Source of the DNA: Alphaproteobacteria bacterium
GTDB lineage: Bacteria > Pseudomonadota > Alphaproteobacteria > MPNO01
Assembly: GCA_964291675.2 (NCBI GenBank)
Contig: OZ219866.1
Location: forward strand, 3,392,001 to 3,456,000
DNA length: 64,000 nucleotides
Direction: 5' to 3'
Part shown: piece by piece, positions 19,848 to 30,952 of the stretch
How the letters are laid out: the number at the start of each line of letters is the position of its first letter
Position numbering within the stretch: the first letter of the stretch is position 1
Notes under the pieces: generated by a model
What the model saw: the letters and a program-made list of their open reading frames with translations, nothing else
What the model was told of the DNA's origin: nothing
The model's database searches: none
Translations under genes and position numbers: made by a program

Positions 19848-20681
19848 ATGGGACACAACACGATCCGGGTGATGCCGGTGACGCCCAATATCGGCGGGCT
19901 GGTCGAGGGGATCGACCTGACGCGGCCGCTCGACGCGCCGGTGGTGGAAGACCTGCACGAGGCGCTGATGGAGCACCAGGTCCTGTTCTTCCGCGAACAG
20001 GAGCTGACCCACGAGACCCAGAAGGCGCTCGGCGAGCATTTCGGCAAGCTGCACATCAGCGTCGGCGGCGACGGCACCAACTCCAAGCAGCTGCAGGCCT
20101 ACCCCGAGGTGCGGGCGCTCCATTTCGACGGGAGCTCGAAATCGGTGTCCGGCAACGAGACCTGGCACACCGACCAGTCGTGCATGGAAACCCCGCCGAT
20201 GGGCTCGATCCTCTATATCCACACCGTGCCCCCGGCGGGCGGCGGCGACACCATGTTCGCCAGCATGTACGCCGCCTACGAGGCGCTGTCCCCGGCCATG
20301 AAGCGCTATCTCCAAGGCATGACGGCGGTGCATGACGGCTCCGGCGCGTTCTCCAACACCGCGACCAACGACCTGCCGGTCACCGAGCAGCCGATGATCG
20401 CTAGGCACCCGGTGACCGGGCGCAGGCTGCTCTATGTCAATCCCGGATTCACGTCGCATGTCTGCGGCGTCTCGAAGGCGGAGAGCGATGCCATCCTCGG
20501 CTTCCTCTACCGCCACTGCGAGCACCCCAACTTCCACGTGCGGTTCCGCTGGGAGCCGCATTCGGTGGCGTTCTGGGACAATCGCTGCACCCACCACTTC
20601 GCGATCTGGGACTACCACCCGCATACGCGGTCTGGCTACCGCATCCAGATCAAGGGCGAGCACCGGGTGATTCCCGGCTAG
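19848..20681 (+). CDS. TauD/TfdA family alpha-ketoglutarate-dependent dioxygenase
   Basis: WHTD, GGDTMFASM, HPVTGR, FWDNRCTHH. Confidence 0.9.
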   Translation: MGHNTIRVMPVTPNIGGLVEGIDLTRPLDAPVVEDLHEALMEHQVLFFREQELTHETQKALGEHFGKLHISVGGDGTNSKQLQAYPEVRALHFDGSSKSVSGNETWHTDQSCMETPPMGSILYIHTVPPAGGGDTMFASMYAAYEALSPAMKRYLQGMTAVHDGSGAFSNTATNDLPVTEQPMIARHPVTGRRLLYVNPGFTSHVCGVSKAESDAILGFLYRHCEHPNFHVRFRWEPHSVAFWDNRCTHHFAIWDYHPHTRSGYRIQIKGEHRVIPG

Positions 20682-20931
20682 CCCGCAATTCTCGCCCCTG
20701 TCAAGGCCTGCGTCGCGCCCGGGCGTTCGTCCCGCCAGGAGCGGGCCGAAGAGCGTAGCAGGAACTACGGTCGAGGCCCGCGACGCCGCGGGCGGGCGCC
20801 CGGGCGCGACCCTTCGGGCGGCGCTCTCCGGCCGACAGGGTGCGTCGAGGCGCTTGCCCGATGTGCCGCATCGCGCCGCGCGCCTCTCCTGCCCTGTCGG
20901 CCGGACAGCGCCGCGCAGGCCATGACAGGGG

Positions 20932-22914
<1,983 letters not shown>

Positions 22915-22937
22915 CGAGAATTGCGGGCTAAGGATGC

Positions 22938-23675
22938 TCACCAGGTGAGCTGGCCGCCGTTCGGGTGGATTATCTGGCCGGTGATGTAGGACGACCGCTC
23001 GCTCAGCAGGAAATCGACCACCGCGGCCACCTCTTCCGGGCGGCCGAGCCGGCCGACCGGCAAGTTGCCCGCGAGCCTCTTACGCACTTCCTCGTATTCC
23101 GCCTCGCTCCGGCCGGAGCGCAGGATCGGCGTGTCGATCGGCCCCGGGCCGAGCGCGTTGATGCGGATCCCCTCGGGCGCGAATTCCTGGGCGATCGACT
23201 TGGTGAGCGAGTGGATCGCCGCCTTGGCCGCGCAATAGGCCGCACCCCCCGGCACCGCCATCACCGCGTAGTCCGACGACATGGTGACGATGGCCCCGCC
23301 GGTGCCCTGTTCCCGCATGCGCCGCAGCGTCGCCTGGCAGCACAGGAACGTGCCCTTGACGTGGACGTCGACCATCCGGTCCCAGTCCCGCTCGGCGACG
23401 CTCTCGGCGGTGCCCCGGATATGGATGCCGGCGGCGAAGAAGCCGGCCTCGATCGGGCCGTCGACCGCCGCCACCATGGCCTCGACCGAGGCGCGGTCCG
23501 CCACGTCGACCGCGACCGCCCGCGCGTCGCCGCCCGCTTCGCGGATCGTGTCCACCGTCTGCGCCAGACCCGCCTCGTCGATGTCCGCGGCGTGGACCGT
23601 CATGCGCCCGGCGAGGCGAATCGCCGCCGCCCGGGCGATGCCGCTCGCCGCACCGGTGACCAGCACGTTGCCCAT
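22938..23675 (-). CDS. Short-chain dehydrogenase/reductase
   Basis: TGAASGIA, YCAAK, IRINALGPGPIDT, YITGQ. Confidence 0.9.
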   Translation of the reverse strand: MGNVLVTGAASGIARAAAIRLAGRMTVHAADIDEAGLAQTVDTIREAGGDARAVAVDVADRASVEAMVAAVDGPIEAGFFAAGIHIRGTAESVAERDWDRMVDVHVKGTFLCCQATLRRMREQGTGGAIVTMSSDYAVMAVPGGAAYCAAKAAIHSLTKSIAQEFAPEGIRINALGPGPIDTPILRSGRSEAEYEEVRKRLAGNLPVGRLGRPEEVAAVVDFLLSERSSYITGQIIHPNGGQLTW

Positions 23676-24410
23676 CTAGATCATCAGCCTTCCGCCGTTG
23701 ATGCGGATGTCCTGGCCGGTGACGAAGCTCGCATCGTCCTCCATCAGGAACAGCGCGGCCTCGGCCATGTCCTCCGGCGCGCCGATGCGGCCCATCGGGT
23801 TGGCCGCCGCCGCGGCGTCGAGATCGGCCTGGCTGCGATGGCCGCGCGGCTGCGGCGTGTCGGTGATTCCGGGCGAGATCGCGTTGACCCGGATGCCGTC
23901 ACGCGCGGTCTCCAGCGCCATCGCCCGGGCGAGCCCCAGCACCCCGCCCTTGGTTGCCGCGTAATGCGCCCCGCCGGCGGCGCCGTTGCGCGCGATCGAG
24001 GACGAGAACATGACGATGGCGCCCTTGCCGCGGCGGCGCATCCCGGGCAGCACCGCCTGGCTGGCGAGCAGCGTGCCCTTGAGGTTGATGTCGAGATGCC
24101 GGTCCCACGCCGCGTCGTCGAGCTCGAGGAAGGGGACCGGCTTGTAGACCGCGGCGCAGGCGGCGAGGCCCACGATGGTCCCGCCGGCCTCCGCGATGCC
24201 GGCGACCGCGGCTTCCATCGCCGCCTTGTCGCGCACGTCGAGAAGGTGGAACGACAGGCCGGGCCGGTTCACCCCGGCGAGCGCGCCCTCGGCCACGTCC
24301 CAGGCCGAGACCGCGTAGCCCGCCGCCAGCGCGCGGCGGACGATCGCGTTGCCGATGCCGCTGCCGCCGCCGGTGACCACGATGGTCGGTTTTTCGGGCT
24401 CCGCCGTCAC
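23676..24410 (-). CDS. Short-chain dehydrogenase/reductase
   Basis: TGGGSGIG, YAATK, IRVNAISPGITDT; GTG start with GAGGGAGG RBS. Confidence 0.9.
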   Translation of the reverse strand: MTAEPEKPTIVVTGGGSGIGNAIVRRALAAGYAVSAWDVAEGALAGVNRPGLSFHLLDVRDKAAMEAAVAGIAEAGGTIVGLAACAAVYKPVPFLELDDAAWDRHLDINLKGTLLASQAVLPGMRRRGKGAIVMFSSSIARNGAAGGAHYAATKGGVLGLARAMALETARDGIRVNAISPGITDTPQPRGHRSQADLDAAAAANPMGRIGAPEDMAEAALFLMEDDASFVTGQDIRINGGRLMI

Positions 24411-24529
24411 CGATAACGCCCTCCCTCGCCGCCGCACCCTACGCGAGGGGCGGCGGACCGGGCAAGCGGCCGGCGGTCGGCATCGACCCTGGTGCGACGG
24501 AGTAGTACCCTGCCGTCGGAGTGACCCGG

Positions 24530-24805
24530 ATGACCGTAAAGTCCTCGATCTCTCTCACCGACGAACAGCACGCCTTCGCCAAGGCGCAGGTGGAAGCCGG
24601 GCGCTACCCGAGCCTCAGCGCCGTCCTGCAGCAGGGCGTCGAGTTGCTGCGCCGGCGAACGGATGCGGAGGCGCTGGAGACCGCGGCGCTGCGCGCGCTC
24701 CTGTCGCGGCGCCGCGAGGGCGAATTCGTCGAAGCGGAGCGGATGGACGAGCGCCTGTCGCGGATGATCGCCGGCAAGCGCCGCGCGCATGACGTTCCGT
24801 CTTGA
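24530..24805 (+). CDS. ParD-like (ribbon-helix-helix) antitoxin
   Basis: KSSISLTDEQHAFAKAQVEAGRYPSLSAVLQQGV; overlaps the toxin gene. Confidence 0.8.
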   Translation: MTVKSSISLTDEQHAFAKAQVEAGRYPSLSAVLQQGVELLRRRTDAEALETAALRALLSRRREGEFVEAERMDERLSRMIAGKRRAHDVPS

Positions 24806-25136
24806 GTTCTCGGCCGAGGCGGAACGCGATTTCGGACTGATTTTCGATCATCTGACGGGCAGCTACCTCGCTTTCGGCGAGAGCCCGAAGGACGCGCTCG
24901 ACCATGCCGCGGCGCGGGTCCTCGAAATTCGGGCGGCCGCGCAGCGCATCCTGGCGGCACCCCATCGCGGGGAACGCCACGACGACATCCTGCCCGGATT
25001 GCGGCATCTGGCCGTGGGACGCGCGATCTACCGGTTCGACGTCGACGATGGCCGCCGGACGGTGCGCGTCCTGGCGGTGTTCTTCGGCGGGCAGGACCAT
25101 GTCCGCCGCATGACGATCCGGCTGCTCGATGAGTGA
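24789..25136 (+). CDS. ParE/RelE-family toxin
   Basis: LEFSAEAERDF, PHRGERHDDILPGLRH, VRVLAVFFGGQD. Confidence 0.82.
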   Translation: MTFRLEFSAEAERDFGLIFDHLTGSYLAFGESPKDALDHAAARVLEIRAAAQRILAAPHRGERHDDILPGLRHLAVGRAIYRFDVDDGRRTVRVLAVFFGGQDHVRRMTIRLLDE

Positions 25137-25188
25137 CGACCGCCGTTGTATGGTCGGCGGCGTTCGCGAAACCGACGGAGACCGCAAG

Positions 25189-25797
25189 ATGAAAGGATTT
25201 TCCAGCCCCAACTCGCCGTTCTCGCGCAAGGTGCGCGTGGTCGCGATCGAGACCGGCCAGGCGGATGCGATCGACTGGACGGTGGTGGCGCTCGGCGGCG
25301 CGATCCCGGCGCTGGAGGCGACCAACCCGATGGGGCAGGTTCCGGCGATCGTCACCGACGACGGCGCGGCGCTCTACGATTCGGCGGTGATCTGCGAATA
25401 CCTCGATGCCCGGCATGACGGGAAGCGGCTGTTTCCCGCCGCCGGCGAGGCGCGCTGGGAAGCGCTCCGCCTGCAGGCGCTGGGCGACGGGCTGGGCGCC
25501 GCCTCGGCCGCTCTCGCCGGCGAGCGCCGGCGTCCCGAGGAGCGCCGCTTCCAGCCCTTTTCCGACAACCAGTCCGGCAAGATCGCGCGTGCGCTCGCCC
25601 GTCTGGAGCACGACCTCGCCGCGCTCGAGGAGACGCTCACCATCGCGCCCATCGCCGCGGCCTGCGCGATCGGCTACATGGAGCTGCGCGATTGCGCTCC
25701 CGGCTGGCGCGACCGGCATCCGGCTCTCGCCGGCTGGTACGACCGCTTCGCCGCGCGGCCGTCGATGCGCGCCACCGCGCCGCCGCCTGTCGGATGA
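25189..25797 (+). CDS. Glutathione S-transferase family protein
   Basis: SPFSRKVRV, NPMGQVP, LYDSAVICEYLD. Confidence 0.88.
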   Translation: MKGFSSPNSPFSRKVRVVAIETGQADAIDWTVVALGGAIPALEATNPMGQVPAIVTDDGAALYDSAVICEYLDARHDGKRLFPAAGEARWEALRLQALGDGLGAASAALAGERRRPEERRFQPFSDNQSGKIARALARLEHDLAALEETLTIAPIAAACAIGYMELRDCAPGWRDRHPALAGWYDRFAARPSMRATAPPPVG

Positions 25798-25878
25798 AGC
25801 CGCCGGCGGCGGCTTGGAACGGGGCGCGTCGTCTGTTGTACTAGGGGTGTTTTCCAAACGAGGAACGGGGAGGCATTG

Positions 25879-26892
25879 ATGAAGTTCGCTCTGACGGCGT
25901 CGTGCGTCGCGGCGCTTGCGGCCGCGCTGGCCGCGGCGGGCGAGGCCCGCGCGCAGCAGACGACCAAGGTGAAATACGCCGAGGTCGTGCGCTCGGTGTT
26001 CTACCTGCCGAAATACGTTGCCATGGCCAACGGCTATTTCCGCGACCAGGGGATCGAGGTCGACATGACCACCGCCTGGGGCGGCGACAAGGGCACGGCG
26101 ATGCTGCTGTCCGGCAAGGTGGACGTGGTCCTCCAGGGACCGGAGACCGCGATCTATGTCGAGAACGGCGCCTCGCCCGAGAAGACCAAGATGTTCGCGG
26201 CCATCACCGCGACCGACGGGCTGTTCCTGATGTCCCGCGAGAAGATGACCATGGAGCAGTTCAAGTGGTCGATGATCAAGGGCAAGACGGTGATGGGCTG
26301 GCGCCCCGGCTCGACCCCCGGGCTGTTCCTCGAATACGCCATGAAGAAGCACGGCATCAGCCCGAAGAAGGACATCGACCACGTGACCAACATCGCCATC
26401 CCCGCCCGGGTCGGCGCCTGGATGGTCAACAAGGCGAGCTTCTCGGTGTTCTTCGAGCCCGATGTCAGCAAGCTCTCGCGCCAGGGGATCGCCTATCCCG
26501 TCGCCTCGGTCGGCAAGGAGGTCGGGCCGGTCGACTACACCGTGTTCATGGCGACCGACAGCTATATCGAGAAGAACCCAAAGATCGTCCAGGGCTGGGC
26601 CAACGCCATCCACAAGGCGCAGAAATGGATCCAGACCGCCGATGCCGAGACCGCGGCCAAGGCCATCACCAAGTGGTTCCCCAAGGTCGAGCTCGGCGAC
26701 ATCGCCGCCTCGGTCACGCGCTACCGCAAGTTCGGCATCTGGAAGACCGACCCGACCACCCATCCGCAGGCGATCTCCGCCTTGCAGGACATTTTGGTCG
26801 AGGGCGGCGTGCTGAAGGCCGACAAGCGGGTCGCCTATGAGCGTGTGGTGACCACGAAGTTCTCCGAGGCCGCCAAGAAGTCGATGCAATAG
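25879..26892 (+). CDS. ABC transporter substrate-binding protein (NMT1/THI5/SsuA-like)
   Basis: Signal peptide; RSVFYLPKYVA..GYF, WGGDK, GPET; followed by TauB/TauC-type genes. Confidence 0.85.
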   Translation: MKFALTASCVAALAAALAAAGEARAQQTTKVKYAEVVRSVFYLPKYVAMANGYFRDQGIEVDMTTAWGGDKGTAMLLSGKVDVVLQGPETAIYVENGASPEKTKMFAAITATDGLFLMSREKMTMEQFKWSMIKGKTVMGWRPGSTPGLFLEYAMKKHGISPKKDIDHVTNIAIPARVGAWMVNKASFSVFFEPDVSKLSRQGIAYPVASVGKEVGPVDYTVFMATDSYIEKNPKIVQGWANAIHKAQKWIQTADAETAAKAITKWFPKVELGDIAASVTRYRKFGIWKTDPTTHPQAISALQDILVEGGVLKADKRVAYERVVTTKFSEAAKKSMQ

Positions 26893-26905
26893 GCGGCGGC
26901 GCGGC

Positions 26906-27703
26906 ATGGCGGCGGGCGAGGCGACCCCCAAGGTCGAGCTGCGCGACATCCACCTCCGCTACTTCACCCTGGAGGGGGAGACGGAGGCGGTGCGCGGGCT
27001 GTCGCTCGGGATCCGGCCGGGCGAGTTCGTCGGCATCGTCGGCCAGAGCGGCTGCGGCAAGTCGACGCTGCTCTCGCTGATCGCCGGCATCCTCGAGCCC
27101 ACCGCCGGCGAGGTGCTGGTGGACGGCCGGCCGGTGCGCGGGCCCTCGCCGGTCTGCGGCTACATGCTGCAGCAGGACTATCTGTTCGAGTGGCGCTCGA
27201 TCCTGCAGAACGTGCTGATCGGGCCGGAGATCCAGGGGCTCGACATGGGCCGCGCGCGGGAGCGGGCGCTGGAGCTCCTGCGCCGCTACGGCCTCGGCGA
27301 GTTCACCGGGCACTACCCGCACCAGCTCTCGGGCGGGATGCGCCAGCGCGCGGCGCTCGCCCGCACGCTGTGCACCGAGCCCGAGATCCTGCTGCTCGAC
27401 GAGCCGTTCTCGGCGCTCGACTTCCAGACCCGCCTCGCGCTGGCCGACGAGGTGGGCGAGATCCTGCGCCGCGAGGGCAAGACGGTGATCCTGGTCACCC
27501 ACGACATCTCGGAGGCCGTCAGCATGGCCGACCGGGTGGTGGTGATGAGCAAGCGGCCGGGCTTCGTCAAGGCGGAGCACGAGATCCGCTTCGCCGATGC
27601 CGGCGCCGGCCGGCCGACGCCGTTCGAGGCGCGCAACCGGCCCGAGTTCCGAGACTACTTCAACCAGATCTGGGGAGAGCTGGAGATCCATGTCGGCGGC
27701 TGA
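26906..27703 (+). CDS. ABC transporter ATP-binding protein (SsuB/TauB-like)
   Basis: GQSGCGKST, LSGGMRQR, LLLDEPFSALD. Confidence 0.92.
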   Translation: MAAGEATPKVELRDIHLRYFTLEGETEAVRGLSLGIRPGEFVGIVGQSGCGKSTLLSLIAGILEPTAGEVLVDGRPVRGPSPVCGYMLQQDYLFEWRSILQNVLIGPEIQGLDMGRARERALELLRRYGLGEFTGHYPHQLSGGMRQRAALARTLCTEPEILLLDEPFSALDFQTRLALADEVGEILRREGKTVILVTHDISEAVSMADRVVVMSKRPGFVKAEHEIRFADAGAGRPTPFEARNRPEFRDYFNQIWGELEIHVGG

Positions 27704-28538
27704 CCGCGACGCAGGGCCGGAAGCGAGCGGGCAGGCCGGCGCCCCGAGCGACATGTACGCGGCCTTCCTGCGCCGGGTGCGCATCCGGCGGCGGATGATC
27801 CTCGCCTGCCAGATCCTCGCCCTGCTCGGCTTCGTGCTGGTCTGGGAGATCGCCCCGCGGGCGCATTGGGTGAACCCGATGCTGACCAGCTACCCCTCGG
27901 CGATCTGGCCGGCCTTCGTCGAGATGGTCGGGGCCGAGGACAACAACATCCTGTTCCACACCTGGATCACCCTGGTCGAGACCGTGGTCGGCTTCGCCAT
28001 CTCCATGGCGCTCGGCGTGGCGGTGGCCATGGCGCTCTGGTGGTGGGAGTTCCTCTACCGCGTGGTCGACCCGTTCATGGTGGTGGCCAATGCGCTGCCC
28101 AAGATCGCGCTGGTGCCGATCTTCTATATCTGGCTCGGCGACGAAGCCTCGATCTACGCCATGGCGGTGGCGATCGCGCTGTTCATCACCATCCTGATGG
28201 TCTATTCGGGGTTCCGCGAGACCGACCCCAACAAGATCAAGCTGATCCGCACCTTCGGCGCCAGCAAGGCGCAGATCCTGCGCAAGGTGGTGCTGCCCGG
28301 CAACGTCCCGGTGATGATCGCCGCGCTCAAGATCAATGTCGGGCTCGCTTTGGTGGGCGTCATCGTCGGCGAGTTCCAGGCGGCCAAGGCCGGGCTCGGC
28401 CACCTGATCATCTACGGCAGCCAGATCTTCGCCATGAACCTGGTGATGACCGCGATCACCATCCTCGCGGCGATCTCGACGGTGATGTACCTGATCATCC
28501 TCTATGTCGAGAACCGGGTGATGCAGCACCGGCAATAG
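27690..28538 (+). CDS. ABC transporter permease (SsuC/TauC-like)
   Basis: Hydrophobic segments; NALPKIAL, FGASKAQILRKVVLPG, VGEFQAAKAGLG. Confidence 0.9.
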   Translation: MSAADRDAGPEASGQAGAPSDMYAAFLRRVRIRRRMILACQILALLGFVLVWEIAPRAHWVNPMLTSYPSAIWPAFVEMVGAEDNNILFHTWITLVETVVGFAISMALGVAVAMALWWWEFLYRVVDPFMVVANALPKIALVPIFYIWLGDEASIYAMAVAIALFITILMVYSGFRETDPNKIKLIRTFGASKAQILRKVVLPGNVPVMIAALKINVGLALVGVIVGEFQAAKAGLGHLIIYGSQIFAMNLVMTAITILAAISTVMYLIILYVENRVMQHRQ

Positions 28539-28624
28539 CCGGCTCCGCCCGGTGCCCGGCGTCCGGCGTACAAGTGGGCGCGGTGGCGGCTCGCGCCCCC
28601 TTGCGGAAGCTCCACCGGCATGAG

Positions 28625-28950
28625 CCAACGGTCGGGTATTTCGGCGCGATCGGCTCGGGCGGCGGTTCGGTGCGTCGCTTCGTGCGCAGGCTGGAGCGGC
28701 CGGGCGTGGCGCTCCGTTTCCGCTACCAGGCGGCGCCGACCGGGTACGCCGCGTTCTGGCCGGGAGCGCGTTGTTCTACCGCTATCCCGCCCGAGTGGGG
28801 AAGAAGAAGCAACTCGCGGCGCGGCACCTGCCGGAAGCCGCCCGGGAGGCGGCATGGAAGGCGCGGGCGCGTCTGACGAGGCGCTACCGCGCGCTGACCG
28901 CGCCGGGCAAACGCAGCACGGTCGCCATCGCCACGGCGGTGGAGCTCGGT
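28625..28950 (+). pseudogene. Internally deleted IS110-family transposase remnant
   Basis: N-terminal piece YFGAIG...VRRFVRRLERPGVALRFRYQAAPTGY joined to C-terminal piece YRYPARVGKKKQ...AWKARARLTRRYRAL...GKRSTVAIATAV in another frame. Confidence 0.7.
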
Positions 28951-29297
28951 CTGGACATCTGTTCCGGGGCGATGACGATCTTCCGCTCGAAGCGCGGCGA
29001 CCGGCTTTCTTCTCGCGTCACCGCGAAGCGACGGCCCGTCTCCAGGACCATGTCGAGCGCCTCGGCCGATCGTCAATCGCGGCAGAGTGGTGCGCGATTT
29101 GAGATGGTTTGCCGACGTGGGTGCCCGGTCGGTGTAGCGCTACGACATATGCTGCAACCCGAAGGCCCGCAACGCCACGTCATGGGCCGCCGGAGCCGCA
29201 ATCCCGCACGGCATCGCGCGGGCCAATCGGGCGAGCCCGCGAAGCAGGAGAAAATGGAGGCTCGCCAGGCGTGCCTTGCGCATGGGAGGCGAAACCG

Positions 29298-30056
29298 TCA
29301 CCCGGTGATCGTGCCGCCGTCCACGGTGATCGTCTGGCCGGTAACCAGCGCGGCCGCGTCGGACGCAAGAAACGCCGCCGTGCCGACAAGGTCGGACGGT
29401 TCGATCAGCCGCTTGACGCTTTGCGACCGCATGATTTCGGCTTCCAGCTCGCTCACGGCCGCCGCATCCGCCATCGATCTCGTCGCCTCGGTGGTGATGT
29501 AGCCCGGAGCCAGCGCGTTCACCGTCACGCCCGAGCCGGCGAGCTCACGCGAGAGGGCGCCGGTCAGCGCCCAGACAGCCCCCTTGGACGCGACGTAGTG
29601 GAGAAAGCCGGGCTTTCCCATGAAGATCACGTTGCTGGCGACATTGATGATGCGCCCTGCGCCCTGCGCCCGCATCGGGGCCGCGACCGCCCGGCACATC
29701 TGCCAGACGCCCTTTACGTTGACCGACATCACCCGGTCCCATTCCGGTTCCGGGATATCTTCAAAACCCCTGATGGCGATCCCGCCATAGAGCGCGGCGT
29801 TGTTGAGAAGCACGTCGACACGCCCGAACGCATCCACCGCGGCGGCGACGATCGCCGCAGCATCGCCCGCCGAGGTCACGTCGCCGGTGGCCGGGATCGC
29901 CTCGCCCGACGCCTCCCCGATTTGCCGGATCGTCGCGTCGCAGCTCAGCCGGTCGGCGGCGACGACCCGTGCGCCCAGGCTCGCGAAATGCAGCGCGAAT
30001 TCGCGGCCGATCCCGCGGGCGGCGCCGGTGACGATGCAGACGCGCCCCTTCAGCAT
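29298..30056 (-). CDS. Short-chain dehydrogenase/reductase
   Basis: TGAARGIG, LLNNAA, YVASK, VNALAPG. Confidence 0.9.
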   Translation of the reverse strand: MLKGRVCIVTGAARGIGREFALHFASLGARVVAADRLSCDATIRQIGEASGEAIPATGDVTSAGDAAAIVAAAVDAFGRVDVLLNNAALYGGIAIRGFEDIPEPEWDRVMSVNVKGVWQMCRAVAAPMRAQGAGRIINVASNVIFMGKPGFLHYVASKGAVWALTGALSRELAGSGVTVNALAPGYITTEATRSMADAAAVSELEAEIMRSQSVKRLIEPSDLVGTAAFLASDAAALVTGQTITVDGGTITG

Positions 30057-30062
30057 GACCCG

Positions 30063-30755
30063 CTAGCCGGCGAAGCTCCCGGGGCCGGGCCACGGATCGC
30101 CCAGGCGCCAGGCGGCGTCGAAGACGTGGACCTGGTGCTGAACGCTGCGCAGGAAGACACGGTCCAACGCCTGAAGATTGGATTCGCGCAGATCGGCCGT
30201 GCAGGTCTCCAGCGCGGCGACGAGGGCGTTCACCTGCTGCCTCTGGAAGGGGCGGCGGTAGTGGTCGATCCATTTGCGATAGACCGCGCGGTGCCGCGAG
30301 AGATCCTTGTCCTTCAGCCAGTCGCCGATCTCGGCGAAACCGACGCAGCAGGGCAGGGTGGCGGCGAATATCTCGAACGCGGTCCCTTCATGGGCGGTGC
30401 GCACGAGGTGGTTCATGTACCCTTCCCGCGCCTTGAGGGCGGCCCAGCGGTCCGTCGAGTACTCGTTGCAGCCGATCTCGGCGAGCCACTCTTCCTCGAC
30501 ATTGCCTTCGTCGTAATCGGCGATCAGCTTGAGGAAGGGGCGGAAGTGCCGCAGGTCGCCGGGGCCCAGCTTGGCGAAGCCCATGAAATAGACCCGGGAG
30601 AAATCGGCGAGATACGGCAGGTCCTGGACCAGGAAGAAGCGGAACCGCTCGACGCTGAGATCGCCGTCGTGGATGCCGACCAGCCAGGGGTGGCGGACAT
30701 AGGCGGTCCAGCTCTCCCCCGCATGCGCCTTGAGCCGTTCCACCAGCCTGCCCAT
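30063..30755 (-). CDS. TenA/THI-4 (thiaminase II-like) protein
   Basis: HPWL..I..G.L....FRFFLVQD..YL..F, ATLPCCVGFAEIG, YRKWIDHY. Confidence 0.85.
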   Translation of the reverse strand: MGRLVERLKAHAGESWTAYVRHPWLVGIHDGDLSVERFRFFLVQDLPYLADFSRVYFMGFAKLGPGDLRHFRPFLKLIADYDEGNVEEEWLAEIGCNEYSTDRWAALKAREGYMNHLVRTAHEGTAFEIFAATLPCCVGFAEIGDWLKDKDLSRHRAVYRKWIDHYRRPFQRQQVNALVAALETCTADLRESNLQALDRVFLRSVQHQVHVFDAAWRLGDPWPGPGSFAG

Positions 30756-30952
30756 CGCGGCCTCGCTCTCCGCCCCGAACCGGATGCCCCACGGCGCACA
30801 GGCTAGCGGTGGCGGCGCGCCCGCGCCAACCGTTTTCCCGCCCTATCGAAGGCCGCCCGCAGTGGTTATCCTTCTTCCGGATCTCTGACGAACCCACGTG
30901 TCGGTGCCTGAATTCGCGTGACCCGATGGACCACAAGAATGGGAGGCTGACC

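Noticed and set aside
25838-25876. TPP riboswitch upstream of the NMT1-like ABC operon (ACTAGGGGTG resembles a P1/P2 start)
   Set aside because: The CTGAGA and ACCTGAT...AGGGA core elements are missing and the spacer is too short; none was seen between tenA and the binding-protein gene (30756-30952) either.
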